Source: Bugula neritina (taxonomy: Eukaryota; Animalia; Bryozoa). From it: a DNA stretch of 33,652 nucleotides. The stretch covers positions 1-33,652 of the forward strand of contig CAXIUT010000151.1 in NCBI GenBank assembly GCA_964035545.1, given 5' to 3'. Positions 1 through 13,880 of the stretch are shown here, piece after piece. The translations under genes were made by a program, and so were the position numbers. The notes beneath the pieces were generated by a model. It was not told where the DNA came from, searched no databases, and was given only the letters and a program-made list of their open reading frames with translations. Each line of letters starts with the position of its first letter. The stretch's first letter is position 1.

Positions 1-86
1 CCCAACCCCAACCCCAACCCCAACCCCAACCCCAACCCCAACCCAACCCCAACCCCAACCCCAACCCCAACCCCAACCCCAACCCC
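1..86 (+). repeat. Left telomere, (CCCCAA)n, begins 5'-CCCAACCCC
   Basis: About 14 C4A2 units at the window start, with one internal C3A2 unit near 42-46. Same unit as the Tetrahymena-type telomere. Confidence 0.97.
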
Positions 87-251
87 TAAACTATTATTTC
101 CTATTTATATTTTATATCAAATAGAACTTATGTATTGGATGAAGAATATAAATATCAAAATAAATAATTTAGTTTAATTTAGTTTAACAATGATATTTTA
201 CAATTTTAATTAAAAATCGAAGTCCTTTGTAATAATACTAACTTCTATATT

Positions 252-875
252 ATGTCAATCAGCTTAAAAGAATTCAGTGAGTTTTTCATTGATTTCGTTA
301 ACATCAACTTCATCCCTCTTCTACATACCAACAGTCATCTTCATTAAAAGAGTCTTGAACATTGGAAACAACTAACTCCACTCATTCGAGATATATAAAA
401 CATCAAACTTTGGAAATTAGATAGCTTTATCAAAAATATAAACCCTAAACATTCACAGGTCTAGACGAGTAGTTCGAACTAGTTGAAAAAAGAAGAAAAA
501 AATAGACCTAGTGTGAGTAGTGTTAGCTCCTATGAGAGTTTTTTCTAGAAAAAAGATGCTTTTCGAGCCACCTTTCCTCATAAAGAACAATTCAAAACTA
601 ATACAAACTTTAAAAGTAGTAGTAAAGAACATTCATAACCTAGAAATAAATCATTTAAATATACAACTTCTAGCGATGATTTTTAAAATAAACTATCTTT
701 CGATGGTAAGTTATGTAGGGAAAAAAGCGAAGGCTATGAATACTAGAATGGATTTGATAAATTAGTGCATTCTTTTCGTAAACTTTTTTCTAACTTTTAA
801 ACTAATCATAAAAAACTTTTGAAAGAAGATCAAAACGTAAAAGAAAACGTCAAAGTTGAACTGGCTCAAAATTGA
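252..875 (+). CDS. Hypothetical protein, 207 aa (TAR=Glu)
   Basis: Uninterrupted ATG..TGA frame, MSISLKEFSEFFIDFVNINFIPLL...VELAQN. No recognisable domain. Confidence 0.65.
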
Positions 876-924
876 TTTTGATTATTTTTTGAACTATTAT
901 GTATCTATTCATTTTATAGGATAA

Positions 925-2902
925 TCAATAATCATCTTACTAAATGATTTGTTTGGCTCCGAAGATAGAGTAGTTTAGTATTATTCCATTTTATGTAGCT
1001 ACAATAAGGTTTTTATCAGGAGAAATTATCATCTTAGTGATAGGTCCATAAGACTAATTCTTTACTAGTCTTATTTTCTAATCGTTGAGATCGAAGTAAG
1101 AAAGATAGTTTTCATCATTTGCATAAAATAGAAGTTTCTAATTTGTTTATTCAATCAAACATTAGCAAATTGAGTTTATACAGGAACCTGTTAATTAGTA
1201 TTTTTTGACTATTTTACCATTATTTAGCATACATTCATAGACCTAGCTAGCTGCTCCGCATACTCTGACGACTAGTTCATTGACAAAAGATATATTCTTT
1301 AAGAAATTTGAAATATAAAAAGACTTTTTTAATTAAAACTTATCCATGTTCCAGATAGCAAAAGACCCATCTTAACAACAAGAAACTAGCATATTTATAT
1401 TAAAGGGATTGACCTTGATATCATGCACTGGATGCGAATGAAAGGCCAGAGAACCTATGATAAGTCCAAATGCTTTATTTTAGAGGATATTCCAAAGCCT
1501 GATTGTACCATTACTTCCTCCACATATTATTCTAAGTTAAAATAAAAGTACTTAGTTGAATTTTAGTCTGAAGTAATCACATTAACCTTTCCTAAACTGG
1601 TATTTTATATTTTATGAGTTAGTTTACCATTTTTAGGTGAAAAAAATCTAATAGTATTATCGCTCCAGCCACTAATGATATGTCTGCCTGTTTTAGGCAA
1701 AAATAAGGAAAGACAAGTGATTTTAGGTACAGTTATTTTAATGATTGGGTGGAGTGATTAAGTTTTCCATATGACTATGTTGCTTCCAGAACAGGTGCCG
1801 AATATATCATGAAAATCATTGACTATCGCTATATCATTGATTTTAGTCGAGTGACAGCTATAGATCAATTCTATATTGCAAGTTTTAGCATTGAAACGAT
1901 AAATGACGGCTTTATTAGTTGCTAGATAAGCTGTTTATTAATCAAAATTTGAAAAGCTGACAACTTATTAGTCTTAAAGTTTAATTTATTTGATAAGATT
2001 CATTTACTTTATTTCTATTAGGGCAATTAATCCTTGATTTCCACTGATAGCTAAATATCCAGGTTCCATATATTTTATATTTATTATTCCTTTAGTAATA
2101 ACTCTTTTTCTCGGTCCAATTCTAACTTATTTGTCTATCTAAAAAAGTTATTACATTGAGTCATGCTAATTTATGCAATATCTCCATTTTTAGAACATCC
2201 ATAAATATATTTATCATCAGAACTAAAGACAAAGTTATTGAATTATCGAACTTTACTTGTTTTTACTAAAACTTATTCAACCTAAACAAAATATTAATAC
2301 TTATTGATATTATTGTTAGATTTTATAGCAAAGAGCCTTATTTTAGCACAAAACAACGAATAAGTTAGGATCATTATTAGAAAATTTGATAGATTTTATT
2401 TTACCACTCTTTTTTTTGAAAGTTTTAGAAAAATAAACTCGAGTGCCTATCGAAGACTGATTGTTAACTTCAATCAAATTAAGCTATTCACTACATAATC
2501 ATAATTATACACATCTTCTGACGAACTTCCTATGGAACAAATAAATTATCCATCTGAAGAAACTGATATTAATTTAATTTGTGTTTTTTGGTAGTTAAAA
2601 ATAAGAGGTTTATCTCGATTATTGAAATCTATTAAATAAGAAGATATTAGTTGTCCTGTACTAGCACTTTCTCCGAGACAAATTAGATTATCTTTGACGT
2701 CAATGGCTGTTATGGTGTATTTACACTAGAAGACGGTGGTTGACTTGATTCCGTCAAAGAGTTGGAGTGAGTTGGCAACAGGTAAGAGGATAGTTGATTC
2801 TACTAGATGAGAGGAGTTGATGACAGAGTTGGGGAGGTTATCTACTTGAAATAAATAGGTACATGAGAATCCTCTGAGAGAATCAAGTTTACAATTTTTC
2901 AT
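925..2902 (-). CDS. WD40-repeat protein, CFAP52/WDR16-like
   Basis: Motifs CHSTKINDIAIV..IFGTCSG..IVIW, ITVPKITCLSL..GRHIISGWSDNTIRFFSPKNGKL and IICGGSNGTIRLW. Introns 2491-2510, 2282-2300, 2135-2154 and 1532-1551 give one frame from ATG to TGA. Confidence 0.8.
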
Positions 2903-3029
2903 TATATTGATAAATATAGTTATGTAAAAAGTATGATTTTTGATAAAATGATTATGATAGTTTAGAGTTGTTTAAAAGAATAAATAAAATATCAAACTCT
3001 TTTTTAATATTGTTATATATCTTAGTTCT

Positions 3030-6000
3030 ATGCACAACTAGCTGCAACAACAGTTCTTGAATAGCATTGAGAACATCTAGAACGTTCCTCCTGATAGGGC
3101 AAAAGAAGTTTTGACTAACATCAGAAATCTATACGAACAGTTCACTGATTAAAAAGCATTGAGCTTTTGTCTTTTCAAAATGGCAGAGCATATTATGAGA
3201 CTTAAAGCTATCAGATAAGAAAACCAATGGTTGTTAGAACAATTTATCTAAGATGTAATTGCTAAATCAGCAAGTAGCTAATTTACTATCGGAACAGAAG
3301 CATTGAAAATCATTTTTGATGGCACCAGTTAGTACTACAAACATAATTGTCTTGATCCCTCTTTGAAGTTTCCTCTTGGGCATAAAAGAAAACTTAACTG
3401 GTATGAACCTGAAGTTGGATAAAACGTTGATGTGGTTAAGCCATACATCACTTCAACTAGCTTTTGTTCATGGACTCGAGGGACTCTTGTAGCCAAAGAA
3501 AACAAAAAATATACTGTCAAGTATGATAATACATAAACTACTGCAACATATAAGGATATCCCCTTTTTTGATAAGTTAGGATCAAGAACTTAGGATTATG
3601 ATTGGAGAATGAATTTGGATGTCGGATCGACTTTAGATGCATATAATAGAGTATGGTATTCAAGTACAGTAGTTGAGACAGGCATATAAAATGGCTCGAA
3701 AAGAGTTAGAGTTACTTTTAGAAGATTTTCTTAGAATGGAAAAAAGGTTGATTCTCTTGGACAGAGGTTTGATGGACTCGGAGTTAATGAAGACTAGTGG
3801 ATGGATGTACTATCATATCGAATTCAAAGATAAGGCAAAATGGCTAAATAGATGTGTTATTATTCTCATTCAGCTGATTAGATTCCTCTTGACGATACTT
3901 ATGACTTGTTATTTTAGAAATAATATAAGTAGGCTCCATTTTGGGGCATAATGAGGTGTTCATATACTAGATCAACTACTTTTTTGCATTTCTTTGAAAA
4001 GTTATGCGAAGTGAATGGATATGAGATCTTTATTAACATGATGAAAAAGAGTGAAACTCCTATCGACAATGTGATAACTATGATGGTTATATTTGCTCAT
4101 ACCTGTTATGCTGTACCAAGAATGGGAGTTCAAAGATATTTGCCAACAGTCTTCAACCAATCCTTGGAGTATTTAAAAGAAAATTTTAAAAACTTTAATT
4201 ATTATAGACTAGATTCTTTAGCTTTTTTGATTAATCAAGTTGGAAATAGGCTTTTTTCACTTGGAAGAAGACATATCTACCTCAACGAAATAAGAAAATT
4301 TATATCTTTAGAATTTCTTAAGTTGAATTTATAGAAAAATTTAATAGCAATAAAATTTCTATTAGAGCTGATAAAACCTCAAAGACAATACTAAACTGAA
4401 TAGTAAAAGCAAGAACTTAATAACTACTTCTTGGATAATCAGATATTCTATAAGATAATAAACAATAACTCCCATGAACAGTTATTTTCTCGTTCAACTG
4501 ACCTTTTGAAATATATGATGGATTAAAAATTGATAGGATGGAACTAAATTGAGCATATTTGGAATGTCATTCCTCATAGTGACCTGAGAGGAAGATCTAC
4601 TATTGAAAAACTATTGGCTGATATCTCTAAAAATTTCAAGCCATAATATAGCTAAAAACTCATTGATATTATACTCAATATTAGAGAAACAGATCTGACA
4701 ATAGATAAAGTTAATCTTTTAAGAACTTTGAAGGATTGCGATATAAACAGTCAGTACAAAGAGAAAATTTTATATTTTCTTTGGGATCTTTTGACAGTTA
4801 AATCGACTAATATCAAACAAAATGTAGAAGAATAGATAGAGAGTGTATATCGAGGATTTATTACAACTGTTAAGCAAAGTGATCTCAAGCTATCAGTGGT
4901 CAGAGCTATGATTAAAAGATTGAAAGAAATAATGATCGTGAGGAGATAAGTAGTTCTATTAAGGTAGTTTATATTAAGTTATCCTTCTAAACTTGAAGAA
5001 AATGCTATTCATGAATAAGGAGATAATCCTCAAACAATAAAATAAGTGATTAATTTCCTTAAAACAGAAAATATCTATGAAACTGTCATAAGATTGCTTT
5101 CAGCTGCTAAAATTCGAGACAAGATCGAAACAGTTCTTGAGTTTCTTGAGTTTTTATTCAATAATGATTCTGATGATATAGGTTAGATAGTAAAAAATGT
5201 GTATTAGATTCTTGGTCCTTAAGATGTATTTTTGATATGGGCTAAAAATATTTCATATAGAGCTTTGAATTTCTTTATTGATATGTTCTAAAATCCTAAA
5301 AACATGTAAAAGTTTAACAAAATAACATCAACTGGGTTGGAATCAGTCAAAACTATTCTTCTAGATATAAACTTCTATAAAAGTAATATAAGAGTTTTAA
5401 AGAAGAAGAAAACTATAACTCAAGTGGCTGGTCCAGTTAATGCAGATGGTAAAGGTCCAGTGAATGCTGGTACTTCAACATCAGGAAGTGGAAGTTATTC
5501 AGTTCTTCCTCAAAAATAATAAACTCTAACATTTATTTATGTGCTAAAATCGCCTTTCTAGTGTATCGGTATGAGTTTCCTCTTGAGTTTACTTCAACAG
5601 ATAAGTTCTAATAGTGTATATAACTAAGTAATAAAGTTGATAATTCAATTTATAGTGAATCTTGATGAGAAAATTTCTGATCAATTACAGAAATTTATGT
5701 AAGATTTTTTATCAAGAATATTTAAAAATATGTTAGAAATAGTAAATGCTAATGTTTTTAATGATAGTGTTAAATTACAACTAGAAATATACTTGAATCT
5801 TATCCAAGAACTATTTTGCTAGACTTAAAAAAATGGACTTGGCAATATTGTACCTCATTTTTCAAAGATGTAAGGCGAGATATTAAAATTCAAAATATAA
5901 AATCAGATAACTAACTCTACATTGCATAAAAAGGACCCATTTATTCTTTATATTAATGAGAATTAGACTCTTTGGAGTTTTAAAAGAATGCTTTCTAAGA

Positions 6001-9000
6001 TATACTAACTACCTGCCTAAAAGATCGATGTAATAAAATATGTATATCCTATATAAGATACAAATAGTGGGAAGTCATTGAGTGATCTTTTCTTTTTTAA
6101 TGATGAAGGAGTTAAAATACAGAAGAGAGAAGTTAAAGAAATACCAAGATACTAGCTATTGAGTGAAGATAATTTGTCATTATCTAATAGATTTGATAAA
6201 ATAGTATAAAGTTGGTTTCATAATTATAAAAATTAGCAGGGATTATTGACTTTAGTTGATCTTTTAAGATTGGGATCATAGAATTGGAAAGGATCTATCA
6301 TGAAATAAAAAGATAAATTATAAAATATTATTTAAAAACATGATATTGACAAAAAAGGAGGATTATTTGTTCACTAGTTCAAGTAATATTTTATCAAATC
6401 TTCAATTTAGAATAATCCGATGGTTTGGCGTCTTTTGAATTTATCTGGATACAAAAATAATCTAAAACATGCTGATGAACTTGAAGCTGTTGTTAATTAA
6501 AATGCTTTTCCAAGAAAAATATTATCTAATAAATTTGTTTTTCAAACTATTTTCGCTATTCTTTCGAATTAATTATTTCAACCTCTTCATCTGAGCTTTT
6601 ATAAATTTTTAACCATGCTATAAACTGATTACGAGCTTTGTAATTAAATAAAAGGAAATATCAGATAATTCTTTGATAGCTAAAAGTCAATGTATAGACT
6701 ATCATATGGACTATAGACTCTTCTGAATGAACTAGAACATAATAATCAACTGTTTAAATAATTTTATGAGCATCATGGACACTAAGCAGTAGCTAATAAG
6801 TTGACAGCTATCTTTGAAAAGAACTAATCAGTCTATAAATACGAACAATTTGTGAGAGTGATTGTGATACCAAATTTGTTGAAGATTCTAAGTGAGTATG
6901 TTTATCCTTTGATTTCTTAAAATAAGTATATTAGATTTTTGAAGAAAGTTAAAATCAATTTATCTGATACTTCTGATATAATAAAAAAATTTGAGAAAGA
7001 AGAATATTATGCAGAAGAACAGAAATAAAAAAGAGCTATTTTGTTATAGAAAAATTAAAGTCTCAATTTCGAGGAGTTACATAAACTTTGTTACAAGATA
7101 TTTGATAATTTGATAGTTAATTATGAAAAGGAGTTTTTGGTAAAAATTACTAATGAAATAGTTAAAATTTATGGATATTTATCAGTTACTTATGCGAACT
7201 TTAGACCTCAAGACCTCTTTAAAGGAAGTAATTCATAATCTTTAAATATTAGAAGATCATGCCATGCTTTAATCTACATCTATATTCTTCAACATAAAGA
7301 ACAAGGGTTCTAATTACTTAAACAACTTATTCAAAATGCTCCAGAATAAATGAAAACTATATCAAATACTTATTATTAACTAGTGGGCCTAGTTCTTTAG
7401 AAGGTGATGGAGTATGATCCTGATAATCCTTAAAATGAGGATTATTTTAGACAGTTAGCTATCAGTTTAATCGAATCATTCTTGAAATCTCCTAATTAAG
7501 CAAGAGGAACTGTTTTTTCTAACAAAATTATCAATGGAATATTAAATGTTCTTTTGATTATAGTACAAAAAAAACCTCAAATAGCTGAAAGTTTAGGTTG
7601 CTATAAATAAATTTTAATTAGAAAAGGTCTTTTTGCTTTTAATATCAAAGAAAGAGTTAATCAGGTTGCTGTAGAACCTTAATTACTTGTTTCATCAACT
7701 CAACCAATGCATTTTGATGACTATGTTAAATGTAAAACTGAATAGAATAGAAAGATTTTGATGGAAATAATATATTGTCTTTATAAAAATAGTAAAGAAA
7801 ACAACAATAGTTTCTTTTAGGAGTTTATTATTCCAGTGTTTGATGAGATAGTTGATACTTCTAAGAAGAATAGTGGAAAGACTATGCATGTAGGTTTGAC
7901 TAATCTTGGAAGTACTTGCTATATGAACTCAATGCTTCAAGTTCTCAACTCTATTGATATCTTTAGAAACGCTATCATGATGACTAATGTTTAAAATCCA
8001 TTTATTCATGAGTTAAAAGCCTTATTCGCTTATTTGTTCTTCTCAGAAAGAATTGATTATACTCCTAAAAACCTTTTGAATTCTTTTGTTCCTCCAATCA
8101 ATCCTGGGATACAGCAAGACACCACATAATTTCTTAACTATCTCTTTGAACAAGTCTAACAATCACTAAAAAGCACTCCATATAAAAATATTCTGCCTTA
8201 ATTATTCCAAGGAAACCAAGTAGCTCAGATGATATGTCATACATGTGGCGCTAAGCGTGAAAGGATATAATAATTTTTCACTTACAGTGTTGAGATCGAG
8301 GGAAAGTATGATCTTCATTCCGCTTTGGAAGGAATGCATGCAGGAGAGTTGATAAGTGACTGTTTATGTGATAGCTGTGGTAATCGTTCTGATACAACTA
8401 AAAGAAATGTTCTAAATGTGGTTCCTAATTTCTTTTTTGTTCATTTGAAAAGGATAGTCTTTAACTATGATATGTTTATGAACACTAAAATACATACAAG
8501 ACTTTTTTTCCCAGATTCACTTAACTTCGAACCATACACTAAATAAGGATTAGAACTGAGAGAAAAACTTGGAGTTTAATATTTGAAATCATTGAAAGAT
8601 AACTAGTAAGAGACTAAAAAATTTAAGAACAGGCTCTACATGGTCATCCTAAGGAATATTATCAATTAAAATTAACAGGAATTATAGTTCATTCTGGAAC
8701 TCCAGATGTTGGTCATTATTATGCTATCTTAAAAAAAGGATCTAATTGGGTTAAGTTTGATGATTCTAGAGTGACTACTTTTTCTCAGATGCAATTCGAT
8801 GATGAGTGTTATGGAGGTTCATGGGTGGCTGACGAATGGGGAGGTCCAGGATCAAGTAAAAATGCTTATGTATTGATCTATGAGAAATAATTCAAGAAAG
8901 ATATTAAATTGGAAATAGCTAAAGAAAATGATATGGTTGAACAGCAAATAGTTCCTTATCAGGAGTTTAACAAGACATTTAATACAGTTGAGTGGTATAA

Positions 9001-11450
9001 AGATGTATGGCTTGATAATCATTCATTGATGCTTGAACAGCAATTGATATCTGAGTCCTATACTAAGGAGTTTTTGAGTTTTGTATGTAAGATGATTGAG
9101 TTGATATCATCAGATGCGACTATAGATTTGATATCTGAAATATTTTATAAGATATCTTCTCTTTCTGGTTAAGTTGGTAGTTTACCTGAAATATTCTAGA
9201 AGAATCTTCACTTGATAAGGATGGATATGTTTAAAAAATATGTTTTAGCTGATCCTAAAAAGACATTTAATCTTCTCTTCCACTATCAATTTAAAGTCAG
9301 AGATTTTGCTAGTTTCTATATTGAACGTATCATTATGCATTACTATATAAATGGAAATGAAGAGGAGAAAGGAGAAGTGATGAAATTTATTCAAGATTAT
9401 TTACATATTCTTCATGCTGATGCAGCTAAAAATTGGTTAAGAATTGATGGATACTTTAAGATGTTTGATCGATTGTTTCAGACTTCTCTATTGAAGGCAG
9501 AATGCTATCCTATTTATGTATTTTTTTGGCAGAACGATATTCTAACATATTTTCTTGACTTTATCTTGGAGAAAAGTTCTCCTTTAAATCCTCAGAAGAA
9601 GTATTCTTTGGGAACTAAGTCTAATCCTGTTAACTTTGCTGCTGGTTTAAATATCATTAAGATGTTTATTTTACATGTAATTATCTTATTATTTAGTCTT
9701 ATGGAATGATAGGATATAATTATGAACTTCCACCTATAGATCCCAAATATCTATTTCACTTAACTGACAATGCTTTACTTTGTTTAAGTAGTATGACTTT
9801 CTATTAAAAAATGATAAAATAAAATCAAAATGCTTAGGCTATTTCTTTCATTATTGAAAGGTTATCTATTAGAAATTTACCATTTTCTTAAAGTATTTCA
9901 AGAGTATTCCTGAAGATAATTACTTAAAATACTGATGCATCTGACTAGCAGGATACAGTCTTACTTTGTATCAATAAATTTTTGAAAATAACTGATTAGT
10001 ATTTTATTAAAAGAGCATAATAAGTACTTGGAACTCCTGCACCTTTTATTTACCTCAAAAATATATTAACTTCGATAGATGAAGAAAAATATGTTTATCC
10101 ATCAACTCTTTAAAACATTTTTCCTCTTGAAAGTTTGCTAAATTATTGTCATATTAATCGATTAAGGTACAATATAGGTTATATAGAGCGCCTTTGACAG
10201 TTTTAAATATTTTACGAACTATTCTTGAATCCTCTTTAGTTAGTTAAGAAGGAACAAAATATATAACTAAGATTCCTGCTCCATCGTATTACCATCTCTA
10301 CTATCTTGATTGGGTGAGACCTTATGTGAACTAAGTGATAAATCATTTGAATGTCTCATAGAAAAAGAAAGAAGAGATAGTAAAGAAGATTTCTCTTTGC
10401 AATATGTATCTTGATGAACTTGATAAGAAAAGGTCTGAGATATGTGTGATGTTAATTGGATAAATTAAGGAAAAATAACTGGTTTAGACAATAATGAGTG
10501 AATAAGGAGATGTAGCTGTTAATATATATGATGTACCTGTATATGCAGCTGAATCGAGACCGACAGGAACTGGTAATGCTACTTTTGACCCATATTTATC
10601 AAATGGCAGATTATAAAAACCTGTTACTTAAGATTCAAATATATTGAAATTTTTCAAACAGTGTAACAAGGCTTTGGCTATTAAAGCTAAACCGAAAGAA
10701 GAAGCTGAATAGAAATTCATAACTGGTTTATTTGATGAAAATCCTTATCCTTAAATTCAAGCTCCAAATCCAGATGTAAATTCAACTGGAATGGGAACAA
10801 ACGATTTCAATGTATAAACTAAAATATAAGAATAAAAAAAAGCATCAATCGTGACTGAAAAACAATCTTAACCAATGAAAAAAGAAGGATAAAGTGTTTA
10901 AAATAAAATATAAGAAGAAATCGTAAGGGAATAAGTTAATGTTGAAAATATTAAACTCATGAAAGATTATCTTCGTTGTTTTGAAGTTGTTAACAAATCA
11001 TAAGGAAGTAGAGTTGCTTTTATCAACATCAAGAACATCAACCAAGCAAATCACACACTACCATCTACTCTTAAATACATGGTCTCTAAATCTAAAGAAG
11101 AAATCTACTTTACCAAGTCTCATCCTTATTAACCTTGGGGTGAATTTTCATATACAGTTCATGCTTTTCCTTTTCAAGAAAACCCTCAAAGGTTCTATAG
11201 ACTATATCCAAATCCCTATGTTCAGATGAACCAAGGACAACAGAATGTAGCTGAACAATCTCTCTTCCAAAAGGAAGACACGAAGATGGATATTTAAGAA
11301 AAGAAAGAAGAAAAGAAAGATCAGAATGTTGCTGAAAACTTGGACGAGATGAATGCCAACATCGATTCGATGGTGAACTGTCCAATTTGCACATTCTTGA
11401 ACTCAGCAACAAATACAAAATGTGAAGTTTGCGATTCTCCTCTGAGCTGA
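3030..11450 (+). CDS. Very large ubiquitin-specific protease (USP9/24/34-like) with N-terminal Tudor/Agenet-like repeats and a C-terminal NZF/RanBP2 zinc finger
   Basis: Cys box GLTNLGSTCYMNSMLQ (~7893), QQDTTEFL, His box VHSGTPDVGHYY, WVKFDDSRV, terminal CPICTFLNSATNTKCEVC. Introns 9677-9696 and 10167-10186. One unexplained frame change near 8560-8621. The start may extend to ATG 2922 via an intron. Confidence 0.9.
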
Positions 11451-11526
11451 GTGATCCCTATATAGATAAATATATATAAAGCAATTGACATTTATATTAT
11501 ATATAAGCAATAATAATCATGATGGT

Positions 11527-11610
11527 GTTGGGGTTGGGGTTGGGGTTGGGGTTGGGGTTGGGGTTGGGGTTGGGGTTGGGGTTGGGGTTGGGGTTGGGGT
11601 TGGGGTTGGG
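11527..11610 (+). repeat. Right telomere (TTGGGG)n, 84 bp, fused to the next fragment
   Basis: Perfect T2G4 array 76 nt after the USP stop, ending GGGGTTGGG. Confidence 0.97.
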
Positions 11611-13833
11611 TTGTGGAATGGTCGCCAGTTGAATAATCCTTTTTGTGTTAAGATGTTTATTTTATCATTGAAACTAAATGCATGAAAAAATGGTAATATT
11701 TTTAAGTTTATTTATTTCTATTATATTTCTTTTACTATTGAAAAATTTTATTATATTTTTTAGTGCATTATTTATTCGTCTTTTTAAGGAATATTTAATG
11801 GTAAATAATGACAATAGTATTTAGCAAGTACTTCATTATAACTTAGTATAAATACATTTTTTCCTAAACTATCCAAATGAACGAATTTCACCTAAGCTGG
11901 TGTTGATAAAGACTGCTTACAATGCCAAAATTAGTCAGTTTATGTGTCAAATCTAGATAGAATTACAAGTACATGTCAATAGTAGTTACAGTTTGGAGAG
12001 TATCAGAGCCTCCAAATAGCAATATTTTTGAGCCAACTAAGACAGCTTTACCTCCTGTTCGTTCTGATGGAAGATTAGGAAGAGTTATCCATTTTTACTC
12101 TTCAAAAGAATATTTTTAACAATCTCTAAGAATATCTCCTGATTAATTTTTACCTCCAAAAAGATAGACGTTTTTGGAATTACTACAAATGGCAAATTGA
12201 TATTTTTTTGAACTCATTTTAGCTAGCTAGATTGCTTTGTTTGTACCAGTATAATAAACATAAGCTGCTTTAGAAGGTTTTTATCCCAGAGAGTCAATTC
12301 CTCCACAAACAAAGTATTTACCTTCCATGATTTTAGTTACTCCCATTTGGCATCTTAGTCTGAGAGTCATAGGTACTACTTTTTTTTTTAAGACCCATTT
12401 ACTTAGATTTACTTATAAAATACAAGGGAAATTATCATTTCCAAAGATAAGATATTTTTAGAAATCGTGATTATTATCTGTTTTAGCTAGAAGAGTTTAA
12501 TCAAAAGTAACTTCAAGGGTTTATGATGCCATTTGATATGAGTTGATATCATCAACTGACACAAATTAATTATAGCTGAATTGATGATCTTTCCATTTTC
12601 TATCTTTTAAGTTGTATTTTTAAAAACTATCTTGAAAGTCACCTCCAAACACATAAATCAGATCATTTAGCTTGACTCCTTTTTGAAGAAGTCGCTAGCT
12701 TTTCATAGTAGAGTCCCAAATATAAGTCTAATCTGCCAAATTAATCTTTATTACTGATTTCAAAGAACCAAGTTACATGTTTCCTCCCATCAGCAATATC
12801 TAGTTAGGTTTATTGGAAAAAATGAGACCTGCTTAAATTCCTCTATGTAGTTTGACCTGACTAAGATGGAGAGTACATTGAGGTTTTCCCAATAGTTTTT
12901 AAAGGGATCATATACTTCGATAGTTTTTGATCTTTTTTGTTCTCCTGAATATCCTCCAAAGATATAGATTTTGCTTTTGAAGATGAGTGAGAATCCTGTG
13001 GATCTAGTGGTTTTCATGGGAGTAATATCTCTCCACTTTTCTAGCTAATTATGGAGATATTTACTTTATTCGATACTGTACTGTTAGCAAGAGTTAAGTA
13101 GTTCTTCGTTTTATCCTCTTCCTCCAAAAACATAAATATAGCCTAGTTTTCCTATTTTGAAGTAAACTCCCATATGACTATATCTTTTGTGTCTCATGCA
13201 ACTGAGTTTGTCAAATTTATTGCCTACCAGGTTGTTATTTCCTTTTTTTCTTCTAGGTTGAGGTTATTCATTTGCAATTGATGAAACTCTGAAGAAAAAT
13301 GCTTCTTAGGAGATATAATCGAATTGAAAGTTGACTCCTCCGCAAAGAAAGATGGTTTCATCGCTAATAAAGGTAATAAACATGAAGTTGTAGGGAGGAC
13401 GAGAATGGGTGTTGAAGAGGTTAGATGCTAACATTTCTTGAGATTATTCAAAGATTATATCTTTGGGTTGGTATTTGTGAGGAGTGTTGGGTTCGATTTG
13501 TCGATTGGAGAGTATAGAAAACTGCATTTTTTAGCAATCAAGTAAAAGTATTTTTCTTTAGCTTTATGATTGTCCAAAAATAAAAGCTTTACCTTATGGG
13601 ACAGGTTTCATAGGTTAGTGTTTTAATTATTAGGTAGCTGCTGTTAGTACTCTATCTTCTTCTTTTTTGATTTATGGTGATTATTGGATAATAGGACTAT
13701 CGATTTGGTTGACAGACTTGACTTCTGGAAGTTATCCTAGCGGATCATGGGACTGGGCGGGTAAGATGACGATATTGGGATTGCTGGGAGGGACTACTTA
13801 ATCTATTTGAGATGTAGTTGAGGCACAACCCAT
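11611..13833 (-). CDS. Kelch-repeat protein with an N-terminal MGC acylation motif, 3'-truncated at the telomere junction
   Basis: Starts MGCASTTS. Repeats IFLCGG, IYVFGGR, KIYIFGGYSG..IEVYDP..W and ILLFGGSD. Introns 12857-12876 and 11953-11972. The frame runs (...GLFNWRPFHNP) into the repeat with no TGA. Confidence 0.85.
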
Positions 13834-13880
13834 TCAAACTCTAAATAAGTTTAGAAATTATAATGCATAGTACTTCATTA

